From Nitrospirales bacterium (lineage in GTDB: Bacteria; Nitrospirota; Nitrospiria; Nitrospirales; UBA8639), in NCBI GenBank assembly GCA_965203295.1, contig CBDBCZ010000010.1, positions 375,366 through 439,365 of the forward strand: a DNA stretch of 64,000 bases, read 5' to 3'. Below the pieces are notes generated by a model. It was not told where the DNA came from, did no database searches, and worked only from the letters and a program-made list of their open reading frames with translations. The translations under genes and the position numbers were made by a program. Below are positions 48,308 through 60,739 of the stretch, in pieces (the stretch's first letter is position 1; every line of letters begins with the position of its first letter).

Positions 48308-51300
48308 TCATGTTGCTGCTGTAGCGCTTACACCATTGACCACGCACCCACATACGCAGGCGGAGCTTGAAAGATCTCCAGTCAGAGGACAAGAGCAAAA
48401 GCAACCAGATGTCTCACCATTACCATCCTGGTCGCCATATAATTTATTCTTCCTAGTATCCCAGATTAATAAAATAAAACTCTTAACTAGCCTTAATAAA
48501 GCCTTAAAATCATATCGTTCCCAATTCTCACACCCTAAAACAAAGCCCGTCCTCTCGAAAGTATTGAGCGCACTAAACTCTTCAAAACTTCCACCAAACA
48601 GTTTGTCTAAGTCTTCCATGAAAGTACTTCTAATAGTATCATACGCAGGACACTCCCAGAGCACATGTACTACACTCTCACATTCATCCCCACATAACTT
48701 ACACTGCCTATCATCATTTTTACCCCGATGTCTTTCTAACTCTTCATTCAGACCATTATTACCAGACCAAAACCCAACAATCGTGTTCCTGGATCCCCAA
48801 CCCCTTGCAAGTAATTTAAATTCTATTTCCTTACAAAAAGACTTGTAAAGACTAAGTTTAACTTTACTATTTAAGCCATCATTAAAGTCTTTGTATTCTC
48901 TGCATCTCAATGCTTCATCTACTCTCTCTAAAAACAAGTTTACATTATAATCTTCAGCTAGTATTTCCTGACTGTCTAGATTTAGCTGCAGCAACAATTC
49001 ACTAATTACTTTCCTCCAGGTCTTCCTCTGCCTACCCCTACACGGCTTTACTTCCCACTCACTGTCTAGTAGTAGTCTAGGATATCTCTCAGCATTCAAA
49101 TTATTGACTTTATACCACCACTTAAGTTTGCATCTATCCCTCCTGCCTTTCAAAGATTAAAACTCCATATCCCCCCTTACTGCTTCATTACACGTTTTAG
49201 AAAAGCAGCCAAGTATCGTTTTAGCTGCTCCTAGCTGAATAAATTCAAGGAAGCTGTCTGCCTTTTATTGCAAGCCCACACTTCACTACCATATTCTAAA
49301 GTAGGGCGAAGTACCGAAACTAACAATAACCTTCTTGCAACAGTACTGATATTCCTATTACTTAAAAACCTATGTAATTGATTCAGTTTTTTCTTTCGTT
49401 TATTTATTACCTTGTGTACATGACTATCCCATGAACCATTGTTAGCAAATTCAATCCCCACGTAACAGTAACTTACAACCTCTGGAATGTCTATCTCCCC
49501 ACTTCCTTGTCCATGCACCTGTATTAATCTGTTTAGAAAATACCATAACAGCACTCTTTTTTATGTTAGATTTCAACCTCCATTTATTACAAAACCCCTG
49601 CACTATATTAATCAAGGTTTGTAAGTCCTCAGCATTAGTAGGTAAGCCTACAAAATCATCAGCAAACATCAGAGCCCAAACCTTAACATCCTTTTTAACA
49701 GTAATGCCAATCCCCGCCTTCTTAACCTCATCTAACAACTGATTAATAAAAATGGAAAAGATAGGCGACATACTACAACCCTGTGCCACCCCGACCTATA
49801 TTGAATTGCTCAGATACTTCTCCCTCCAGTAAAACAGCACTCTGTGATGTCATACATATTCTTAATAACTCTCCACATCCTACCCCTAATCCCAAGTTCC
49901 CATAACTTAAACCATAAACCATCATGCCATACTGTGTCCAATGCTTTCTGAACATCTAAGAAAAAAGCATAAGTGTGCTTTCCTTCCTTATTCTACCTTG
50001 TACAATTTCATTTAGAGTAAAGTGTTATCAACAAAACTTTCCTCTCTAAATCCTGCCTGACCCTCATGAAGAGCCCTTTCTGCTTCTAATCTGCTTACTA
50101 AGTAATTATTTAGAATCTTGCAAAACAGTTTTCCTACCACATTCAATAGTGTAATGCCCCTGTAATTACCCGGGTCCTCAGCATCACCTTTCTTATACAA
50201 GCTAACACTTAACCCTTGTCTCCATTGCTTAGGAATACTCTCCTCTGTCCAAACTACCCCATACAAGACTTTTAATAAATTAGCCATCCCTTTGCCACCG
50301 TACTTAAAAAGCTCCCCAACTAGCCCATCATTACCTCCTGTTTTATTATTCTTTAGGCTTTTAGAACACTTTTTAATTTCTGCATAACTAATCCCTCTAT
50401 CCAAAACCTTATCCTTCTGCAAACTAGATATTTCACTATACTCTGTCACTTTCTTTTCTATATGCTCTTTCCAACTATCATCAAACTGATCATCCACAGA
50501 TGCTGTACCCAACCTTTCATAATGCTCGCGTAAAAACTTAGTACTGGTTACACATGAACCTGAAGTACTCCTCAAAGAAGCAATACACTTACGGCTACTT
50601 TTTGAAGTCCTGCCAACAAATTCCCAGAACTCTTTCCTGTTTTCATAAAAATCTTTATTAGCTTTTCAATCACCTCATTCCAACTATCTATTTTTTCCTT
50701 ACATACCAATTCCTTGATTTCTGAACGTAATTTTAATACTCCCCCATTTTATCTTCCCTGCCACTACTAATCTCCTTATAAACCTGTCTCCTCAACCTAA
50801 TGTTCTCTTTAATCTCAGCATCCCACCACCTCGCCGCTTTACCACACACTATCACCTTTTCCCCAATTGCTTTTGATGCTACCCTCTTGACTGTCTCTTC
50901 CCAATTCTGAACCACTGCCTTCACTAATTCTGATCCCCTCAACCCCTGAGTCTTCCATTGGCGTATCCTTCCTTGAAACCCATATACTTCTACACCGTAA
51001 GGCTTCCTGATACTTCTGTCTCACTTCCTCGTCCTGAAACCATTCAATGCGCCATTTCTTAATCACCCGCTTCTGTTGTTTAGTGGTTTTTACAGTCCTA
51101 CCCAATTCCATCCATACCAGAAAGTGATCCGATTTTCCTATATCCACTGTGTCCACCTGCACACTCCCTGAAACCTGGAACAAGTTGAAATCAGTAACTA
51201 TATAATCAGTGATAGACTTCTGCTTCAGAGAAGTTCTAGCTCTAGTCCACTGCGGTTGCACAGTGAACTCACGGCCATTACAGACTACAAGCTCAACCTC

Positions 51301-52355
51301 ATTTAAAAAGGAAATCAACCTGTTACCACTCGCATTACATTTACCTTCACCAAACATACCTATTATATCATCTAATTCGGAAGATTTTCCCACTCTAGCA
51401 TTACAATCACCTAAAAGTACAACCTGACCCCTCTCCTTCATACGAAGCACATCATCTTTCAATGCACTGTAACTACTTTCAATAACGGAAACATTTTCAC
51501 TATCTGTAGGCATATAAACACAACCCAAAAACGAAGTATTCCTGCCTCTCCTTTCACTTTAATCCACATGCTTTCTTCATAATTCACATCCTTAATAAGC
51601 TCTACTCCACTGGCTAAGCACTCCTTTACCAAGAACCCCACTCCTCCCTCTCCTCTTCTACTTTTAGAAGAACCTTGCCTAGGCTTCCCAAACCATTTGT
51701 ACCCATCTACAGAAATTTTGGAGTCCTCCTTTTCCCATGACTCCTGGCCTGCACAAACATCTATATTGTTTTTCACTAGGACCCCAGCAACCTCCTTCTG
51801 TTTACGCTGGATACAGATACCAGAAAAATTCCAGGTGGCTACTCAGACTTTCCGTTCTCTCCTCTCAACTACCCTAACCTGGCTTTGAACCTTGTTCATA
51901 TCTACAACAGAATTCCTATGCCCTTCACTACACTCCTCAACATCCTCCTCCAAATCATCAGTACCTTCTATACCAGACTGTAACCCACAAAACCTATTTG
52001 AACACTGCAACTGTGACGGCATGAACTCCCGTTTTACTGACTCATCCAAAACACATCTACAGCCTATCTTCCTTAAACAGCTAAAAATCTCTTTAACCAC
52101 CCATACAGTAACACCCCTGCTATCCTTGGTTGAGAGAATAAGCCTGACATGATCTCCCTCCCAGGCTACTGTCCCTCTTACCAGGCTCCCTAGACCTAAA
52201 TTATCCAGCTTTGATCTAATTTCCAGAGTACTCAGATCTTTCCTAACCCCCCACACAATTATATGAGCTCTGCACCCCCTACTGTGATACACTGACCACT
52301 CTTGAAGTCCATCTGACTGGAGATAAGCAGCAAGGGCATGATCAGGGGTGGGCAT
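48308..52355 (-). mobile_element. Near full-length degenerate non-LTR retrotransposon (APE-RT, RTEX-like), copy 2
   Basis: APE endonuclease (VATWNF, AGQESW, LLGDCNARVG, ITDYIV, SDHFLVW); RT (NYRGITLLNVVGKLF, QAGFR, AQGCSMSP, LMFADDFV); C-terminal CKLC...HVLWEC zinc knuckle. Many frameshifts. Confidence 0.93.
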
Positions 52356-54056
52356 TAATTAGAACACGCCACACGCAATTAAAAATCTAGTTAGCTATTC
52401 GCCGCAGAAACTGCTCCAGAGGGTAGAGATGGACTTCTTCTTGGTCTTCAAGTAGAAACCTTCATTCACAGCGGTAGGATATCACAAATTGAAGGTAACT
52501 TGCAGAACAAATTGTGTAGAAGTTGCTAGCATTTAGGTTTGTGCTTCACGTATATAGTGGGGCTGTGATGGATTATCAGATTGCATTTTGGAGACTTGAG
52601 AATAGGTTTACAAGTTTTGTACTATGTTCAAGAGCATGACCATAAGGGTGCCGGCAGTAGGGGTTGATGTCTGTTGGGGATTTAGTATACTAGTGTGGGA
52701 ATTGGAAGTGGGGAGGTTTGATAAAAATAGCAACAAAGATAAGCAGGATTTTGTATTCAGCATGCCTGATCATATGGACAGGAGTCAGTAGCTATATGTT
52801 GTAATGTGTGTGTGTGTGGCTTTGGGAGCTCATAAAGCTTGTGGGCCTTATCCAGATTTGAAGAGTTCTATGTAGGTGGCACACATGTACCATCACCATA
52901 CCTCAGTCACTAAAAAAATTACTCACAGACCTACTCAAGTGATATAGTGTTTCAAACAAATCCAATCATTGTCAGCAGGCATGCAGCCAGTGTTTGTAGA
53001 AAGGGCGGAGCTCTGTGCCTGCACTTCTTGACAGAAATACTAGGCTTACTGTGCATTCGTTTACAATTTGCTTGCACAATAGTACTGCAAGCTAGAATGA
53101 ATGGGGATTGGGAATGTTTCTTACATATGCGGGCAGTTGGCAAAACCTTTATGTTCATGCAGGAACATCACTTTGGAGCCAATTGAAGAAAGGTGTTGGA
53201 GACTTTGACGAAAGCTTTCATCTATATGAACTGACTACCTAGACTTCAAGGTTTTGGTAGTATCCATGAAAACCATTCAAAGTTGCTTATCAGTACTGAT
53301 TTCATATTTTAAGTGATGATTATACTTTTAATACCAATTAATGATTGTAGAACTTTTAATCATTATAACATCAGGTGTATTACAAGCTCCACCTGGCTGC
53401 GTGTTCCATGCACAGCGTAAACGCGACAGCGGCAGCATCAGTGTATTAGTGTTGAAAGTGTCATGATATCGATGAAGGGGACACCACTGAGTACAGCGGG
53501 AGAACTCAAAAAAAAGCAAAACAGAGAGTCTTTCCAGAGTCCCCTCCCGCTGTCACTCAGTGGTGGCAGTAGAAGTTGTGAGCCTCGAGCTCTCTTGCTG
53601 TTCATGATCTGTGCCAGCACTCTAGGGTGGAACAGGTGCTGGATCTGCAGGTGCAGCTGCCGGGGGAGTGACATTAAAGTGGGCTCTCTCAATGAAAACG
53701 GTTGGGGTAATTAACTCTTTCCTGACCATTGCGCATGCGCATTACTACATCGTATGACCGTAGTAATTTTTTCAGTGCACATGTTTTTACACGGTTAGCG
53801 TCTATCGCGCTTAGCTCGCAAACGAAGAGACTTTTGTACGAACAACTTACCAGAATCGGAAAGAAGAGTCCCTACACTCTCTTTTGATGTCAAGATTATA
53901 TACTCTTGGTGGGAGAATAGCAGCACACAACACCGGACATGTACAGGACCATCAAATATCAAGGTGAGTATACAAACGGTGGGGGTATAAACTTCTATAA
54001 ACAGTTATACAGCAGCAGTGAAGCTACAAAGAGGGTCCTAAATGTTGTAGCTGGCA

Positions 54057-56327
54057 TCACACTGAAGTGTGGTACCTCTCGAAGCAAGAGGGACCATCGA
54101 AACCATCCTGGGACACCTGGCAGAACGCCTTCCCGCACTGTCGACAATGCATTGAAGATTCGTGCCGTCTGTGGTTCCTATAGTTCCAGCACCAGTGACA
54201 GCGAGCAGTAGGACCCTTGATTGGGAAATGGCCCTCCCTTTCCTGAGTGGTAGCACCAGCTCTCCGCTTCGCTGGTGGGGGTACGCAGTCCTGGCTCGCA
54301 GCTTCAAGGATGGGTCCGGGCAAAGCGTACCTCTGCCTGGTGTTGAACTGTCGAATCAGGCGCAATGCAAGCTGCTACCGGAAGTCTTTGATAACAGCAT
54401 GGCGATTGCTGATGGTGACCGGGCAGTAATGCTTGACCAGCGTGAAGGCATTGACTATGCAGCATTCAAAGAGAAACCACAAGATGTACTTATAACACTT
54501 CTTGGACTTGGTTCTAAGCCTGTAGTACCCCCGGAGCTGGTCACATCTGTCAACCCCTCCCCCCCACCCCCCATGAACTTGTTATATGCGACTACATTCG
54601 GGGGCATGTCATGGACTCAACCTGCCCGTCTTTCTGCTTGTGCCTCACCGTTGTGGGACCAGTGGGCTGGCAGTGGGTCAACATTACAGATACCAGCTTC
54701 TTGTCTTGCCAGATGTTGGTCACAAGATTTCCCTTCTGGCGGAAGACTGACTCGCCTCGCTCCAGGGATACCTCTGTAAAATGGTAAGTGAATACATACT
54801 AAGGGATGGCTGCAACATGTATACATGCATTAGCTGCAGAAGACTGAATGTTCCGCAGGCATAGATGCCGTCCTCAAGCAGGTCTTCGAAGAGGCTAACT
54901 GTGGTGAAATAATTATCACAGTATGTGTGATAATTCCCACCCACCAGAGGCTGTGTCAACTTTTTACCACCTTCTTGCCCAGGTACTTCTCCGGAGCATT
55001 ACTCTTCCCAGTGTACACCTCAAAGTCCGAGATGTATCCAATGACGCTATCTGCCCGTACCCACACTTTGAAACCGCGTTTTATGGGCTTTAAGGGGAGG
55101 AACTGCTTCATTGCAGATCGGCCATTGAACTTTATCATCGCTTCGTCGATGGCATTGTCGCGATGAGGGGTGTAGTTGGTGAGAAAGGTGCGCTGTACGG
55201 CATCGTTTACTGGCCGAACCCTGGCCAGACGATCGTATCCTGGCTCTCCATGAAGTGCAACCGTGGTGTTGTCGGTGAAGTGGAGGAATTTCTGAATCTC
55301 CATGAATCGCTTTCTGGAGATCCGCGATGCGATGGGGAAATAGTGGTAACACTCATCCAGGGACCAGTAATCGTACAGCTCTGGGAGATGATTCAGCCCC
55401 ATCAGAATGTGGAATCACAGATACGCCCGGATTTCATCGGAGTTGGTTTCCCATGATCGAGCGGGACGGCTGGTACTGGCTGCTTGAGAGGAACAAAGTG
55501 CAGCATAGCGGTTGCTCTCCTGCACTATGTGGTCAATGAGCTCTGGTGTAAAGAACTCTAGAAACACCTCCATGGGGTTAGCGCTCAGCTGGAAAGTTGG
55601 CCCAACGTCCCTTGTAAAGGGCTGTACAGTGACTTCAGAGGGCTCACTGGACCATCCATCTCTGCTCTCTTCCCCTGCAGATCTAGAAGACCGTGTCTGA
55701 GATGCTGCTCGTGTAGGGGGCTGGGTTCTTCCTCGGCGAGACTGGGTTGGGGGTGGTGGCACTGGTTGTGATTACCTGGCTCTTCCCCGACGCTGCAGCG
55801 GAGCCGGAGATGCTGCTCATCTAGTGGGCTAGGCTCTTCCTCGGCGAGACTGGGTTGGGGGTGGTGGCACTGGTTGTGATTACCTGGCTCTTCCCCGACG
55901 CTGCAGCGGAGCCGGAGATGCTGCTCATCTAGTGGGCTAGGCTCTTCCTCGGCGAGACTGGGTCAGGGGTGGCGGCACTGGTCGCGATAGCCTGGCTCTT
56001 CCCCGACGCTGCAATGGAGCTGGAGATACTGGCACCGTCAATGGAGGAGACTGCATCCTGTTCAAGGGAGTCAGCAAAGGCGGCAGCAGAGGGACCTGGG
56101 AGAGAATCCACCTGATCACCTGGCTCATCGCCACCAGAAAGGTTTCTTGTGCCAGTGTTGCACATTTCTGATGCCTCATCACAGTCACTATCTCCCTCCT
56201 GATCATCATCATCAGTGTCATTCATGCCCAAGTCATCATCACTGCCGGGGAAGATGAATTTTTCATCGTTGTCATCTCCACAGACGATCTGGCAAACTTC
56301 ACTGGCAGAAAATGATGATCTAGCCAT
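54057..56327 (-). pseudogene. piggyBac (PGBD4-like) transposase pseudogene
   Basis: ATG at 56327 (MARSSFSASEV). Motifs FFTPELIDHIVQESNRYA, AIDEAM, KPIKRGFKVW, YCDNYFTT, YNKFMGG..VD and Cys-rich tail CHWC...CRQC...C...CFERYH. Several frameshifts and deletions. Confidence 0.9.
55725..56030 (-). repeat. 108-bp tandem repeat, about three copies
   Basis: CCTCGGCGAG recurs at 55731, 55839 and 55947. Confidence 0.95.
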
Positions 56328-57574
56328 CCCCAGAGATGCAGAAGCCTTTGCAGTAGAAAGAACTGGTTGTATTGCTGAGAATCTAGAATTGTGGAAAGCC
56401 GTGCCTACTGCAACAATCAGGAAATAGCGTCTCCGTTTACAATTAGCCGCCAATATTCATTGTGAAATATCACAAAAATGCTTATACGGAAGCGCCATTG
56501 AAAGGCCAATCAACTTCTGGTACTATCCTTTGGGAATGCAATTACCTATACAGGGGAAACCCCCTATGTTTTACGATCAGCGATCGAGACGCTTAAGTAT
56601 ACGATATTGCGCATGACGCTGTATGGCGTCATTGGTCAGGAAAGGGGTATGCGCGTCATGACGCCGTATGGCGTCATTGGTCGGGAAAGGGTTAATAATT
56701 ACTGCCAACTGCATTGTTTTTCCTGCAAAATAACGTACAGTTACTGTATCCAGTAAAATTTTTGATTATTGGTATCATCAGCAGGACATTAATATGATGT
56801 GTAGCATAGCGTTGCATGGTTGCAGGAGTAGCATTTGTCTGGTAGCTAGTAGCTTACAGTATATGCACAAGTCATGCTAAAGTGTTAGAAATGCTTTTTT
56901 ATGAAGCGCGCTTACTCCGTAGCCTCTCCACCCGCCATAGTGGTGTCTGCAGCCACGAGGAGGGTCACGGGCAGCTGCAGGGGCACGTGCATGGGTAGGG
57001 CTGCGGTTACGTCCTCTGCAGTTGGCAGCCAGCTTCAGTCTCGGCCTCTGTAGAGGAGGACTTTCATTCTCGTCTATGCTGAAAATCTCCACATCCGAGG
57101 AGTTTGCAGGTGGCGATCCGGTGTGGAACCTAATTAATTTTACTGCAAAGAGGAGAGAAATGAATTAATATCGTGCAAGCAGGCAAATACATGTATAGAC
57201 TTGCAAAGATGCGCGAATGTGACAGAGGCGAAACATACATGCATTCATGCAGCATGCATGCATTGGATGGTTGTATTAATACTTACCAAACAGAAGGTTG
57301 AAGTCGTAGTCCAGCTCTACGGATTCCGGCGACGGCTCCGTCGCACTTGTTCTGCGAGCTCGAGGGTCTCGCACAAGCGGGTTGTTCTCAGGAGTCGTCA
57401 TCATTGGCGATTCGAGGTGTAGTGTATATGAGGTAAGCTTATCGAGAACAAAGAGCAGCAGGCGCTAAGTTTTGAAGACTACTAGCGTGCGGAACTGCTT
57501 CTGAAAGATTAACCAATGAACTTTGCTTAAATAGTCTCATGCGCGCGGCCATGTTGCCTGCGCATACCCTGAAT

Positions 57575-58492
57575 TGGAGTAGGGTGGAGGTGATCACGTG
57601 CGCAACTGCCCTGCCCTACAGGATTGTTGAGCTTCGAGCGCTACTCAAGAAAGCGCCTCCCTCTGTCAAGGAGACCTTCTGGATCCAGCCGGTGACCCTG
57701 ACCGCTTTTTTAGTGGAATGGCTTAGTGACACTGACGCTTGCAACTCCTTGCTTGTGGACCCGTAAATGATTTCAATCCTGTTCCAGCGTAGTTTAGAAT
57801 CTGAGTGGTAAACAACTACCATACAATAGGTTTACAAAAGTTCTGCAAGCTTACTGAGAATTCAATGCATTCAAGACCAATGTTTTATAGTACAGCTCCA
57901 TAGCTACTTGCAAGCCAAGGTTTTGAGGGGGCATCCCCACCCATCCCCTCAAATGTAGAGCTTTAAAACGTTTTGCATATAGCTACCTTCCATATTGTTG
58001 TCAACGAAATATAAGCATTCAGAAAGGCCAGTAAATTTCGTCACGTAAATTGCGTTTGGTTGCATGACTGAGGTTGTGTGGTTTTGCTAAATTGAATTAC
58101 GCATGATGTATACTAGAAAAAAGTTTTTTATAAACCAAAAGCAATGAAATGAGAGAGCTGCTCCGCGACTGATCTTGTGTAAGTTTACCAGTTTTCAAAA
58201 ATAGCTAGAATCTGAGTGGTAAAACCGCTACCATACCAAAATTTTTGCAACATCACCGAGAATTCGATGCATTCAAGCCCAATCTTCTGCAGCACAGCTT
58301 TATACTTGGAAGCCGAGGTTTTTGAGGCGGCGTCCTCACCCGTCCCCTCGAAGGTTGTAGAGCTTCAAAACATTCTGTTGGCCAGTTTCCGTAAACTTCA
58401 GCATACCTTTCGTATTTATCTCAAAGGAATGCTATTAGCTATACGTGACATGCATTTATTGACATACACGTGATCGCTTCCAACCTCCTCTA
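57575..58492. mobile_element. Old non-autonomous element with degenerate TIRs and an internal ~170-bp direct repeat
   Basis: TGGAGTAGGGTGGAGGTGATCACGTG versus CACGTGATCGCTTCCAACCTCCTCTA. Direct repeats begin TAGAATCTGAGTGGTAAA at ~57795 and ~58207. No TSD seen. Confidence 0.45.
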
Positions 58493-58869
58493 GGTACATG
58501 TATCTGGCAGAAGTGGCTCACGTCTCCAAGTTTGCCTTGGACACAACCAGGTCGATAGGGAGTGGCTGTTATTTTGCTGCATGTCCTCTATCAGAGCGGG
58601 AGCCCAGGACACACTGAATGGCGGAATGAAGGAGGGAGAACGAGAGGGTGCATCTCAGCCAGAACATGCTGCTGCTGTGCGATTGGTCCCGCTGAGTTGC
58701 AATCATAGAGGCAAGCCTCATATAGCTACGTTTCCAAAACTTCCTGTTGCAGACAGAACAAGTGGAGTGAAGGAGGCATGCTCAATCTTGTGAACATGCT
58801 GTTTATAGGCACGCTTTAGTTTTTCGTGCTTTCTGTAGCAGGAGGAGATGGGCTGTCAATTCAATGAGG

Positions 58870-59395
58870 CATGGGGGTCTCTGCAGAGCTGCAGGAGCTT
58901 CACCTTTGATGGCAGACGCAGACTCCTTAGCATTGTTTCGACGTTGCAGGTGGACTGCCTTCTTCGCCAAAATTTGAGCTTCAATGCACTCAAAGTGGTA
59001 TTCTAACTACTGGTCTTTAATATGGTTGTATACAGAGGTGATGAGATGGATTTTGAGGAAGTGAACTCTCAAGTGGACGTCATAGTTGGGTTGGAAATGC
59101 CAATGCCTCCAAGTCCCGGTGGCAAACTGAGAAGGCCACTCTCTAGATCATTAGAGGGAGATCTGCCTGTAAGAGAAGGGACGAAATTTGTGCAAATGCA
59201 GTTCTCGAGTGGGTGAAGGTGACCTTCAATGTTAGAGACAGGAATGAAAACTTGTGCACATAGCCATGGGTGAAGGCTGCGTGAGCGGCATGTGGAAGCG
59301 ATTTGGCAATATCGTGCACTTAGAATGAGTAATTCTTGTTCGGTGGACCATGTCAGAGACGAACTGATCAATGTACTCTGTGCAGCCAAAAGCAG
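58870..59395 (-). pseudogene. Fragment of a CRE-like (RLE) non-LTR retrotransposon
   Basis: HPLENCICTNFVPSLTGRSPSNDLE..LLSLPPGLGGIGISNPT resembles the post-RT thumb region of CRE-type elements. Confidence 0.6.
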
Positions 59396-59619
59396 CTGCC
59401 AAATGGGTGAATTTTCGCAGTTTTAATATTCAGACAGGAACTCATAATATAGGTACATTCTTTTGTGATTTGTGACGTATTTCGTATCTGGTCCACTGGT
59501 TTCAGCATTTATTTAAGCCTAAAGACAGCACAACCAAATATACAACAATTACAATTTAATAGCAGCATTAGCCTGCTCATTCACCTGGGAGTTGATGGTG
59601 GTGATGTCGAGGAAGGTGT

Positions 59620-60525
59620 AGTGATCCAGCGAGTACCCACTTGAAACTATAAATAGGTCCATAATCCTTAATGCATTCTACAAGAAGGCAGTGAAGGTGC
59701 TGGTTGGGTGTGATAATGTGCTTTCCGTACAAGTGCTCAGTCTGTTGGCAAAAGTGCACAAATAACAAGTCTGATTTTCTAGCATCTTGTGAAATAATGG
59801 TGAAACAGAGTAGTCGACAAGCAAGAACAAATGACTCCCAACATCTGCAATGCTCAATCAGCAAAATGTCTCGTAATGCAAATAAAGAGTACATAATTGT
59901 CCAGGTCTTCCACTTGTCTGCAGTGAACGAGGAAAAGAAGGAATTTATCTTTTTTGGTATTCTTCCAATATCTGCAGGTACAACCACACTGTCCACACGT
60001 GCTTGTATGTCCTCAAACTGCTTTCTTGATATACCTCTTGGTAGCCACACTTCTTTCAGCATGTGCTTTGCTGTTCCCAAAAACAGATTGTGCATTAAAT
60101 CAATGACGGTATGTCTTACTCAATTAAAGTACTCTAATTGTAACAATAGTGTGTATTTACACCTTTATCAGTTTTTATACGATTCTTTGCTTGTAAACTA
60201 TTTGCTTCAATTATGTGCAATGAATTATTTTGATGAGTAGCCATGTCACGCTTAGGCCACTGTCGCCTATCAAATTCAGGAACATCTATAATTTGCTGCA
60301 TGTCCTTTCAACCCCCAGAGCTTTCTTGATGCAGAATAATAATACACAATAGCACTGCCTTTGCAGTTACCTTAAAGTGAGGTGACTCAGATGTGTACAT
60401 ACAAACTCCAGTTTGAAGGTCCTTGAGCTCAGTGGCTTCAGAAAAGTGTTCACATGTGGCGGCTCCTTCGGCAATGGAGGTAATAGTCCAATTAGTTTGA
60501 TATTTTCTTTTTTGAATCGCTTATA
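59620..60525 (-). pseudogene. CACTA/EnSpm-like transposase fragment
   Basis: VIDLMHNLFLGTAKHM, PADIGRIPKKI, FTADKWKTW and YGKHIITPNQHLHCLLVECIKDYGPIYSF. Confidence 0.85.
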
Positions 60526-60739
60526 CCTGGGTAAATTCATTACTGTGATATAAAGAACACCAATGGCACGTATTCATTTATCAAATCGGCTAAATAAAAT
60601 TTACGGTCCGGGGGACATGGGCGTTATTTAGAATAACAGGTCGCGATAGCAGCTGGGAAAGTGTTGAAGATTGAAGCTATGGTTGCGACGAGACCACAGT
60701 GATCATGGATGGGGGAGATGGCAGCCGATCTCTTGTCAT

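Larger units (their letters stand above)
53715..56691 (-). mobile_element. Full-length degenerate piggyBac transposon
   Basis: TTAA (53711-53714) CTCTTTCCTGACCATTG ... CATTGGTCGGGAAAGGG TTAA (56692-56695). Confidence 0.93.

Noticed and set aside
54162..54779. 205-aa plus-strand ORF (also 18387-18917 minus, 59704-60240 and 48336-48848)
   Set aside because: These are antisense shadows of transposase or RT coding sequence.
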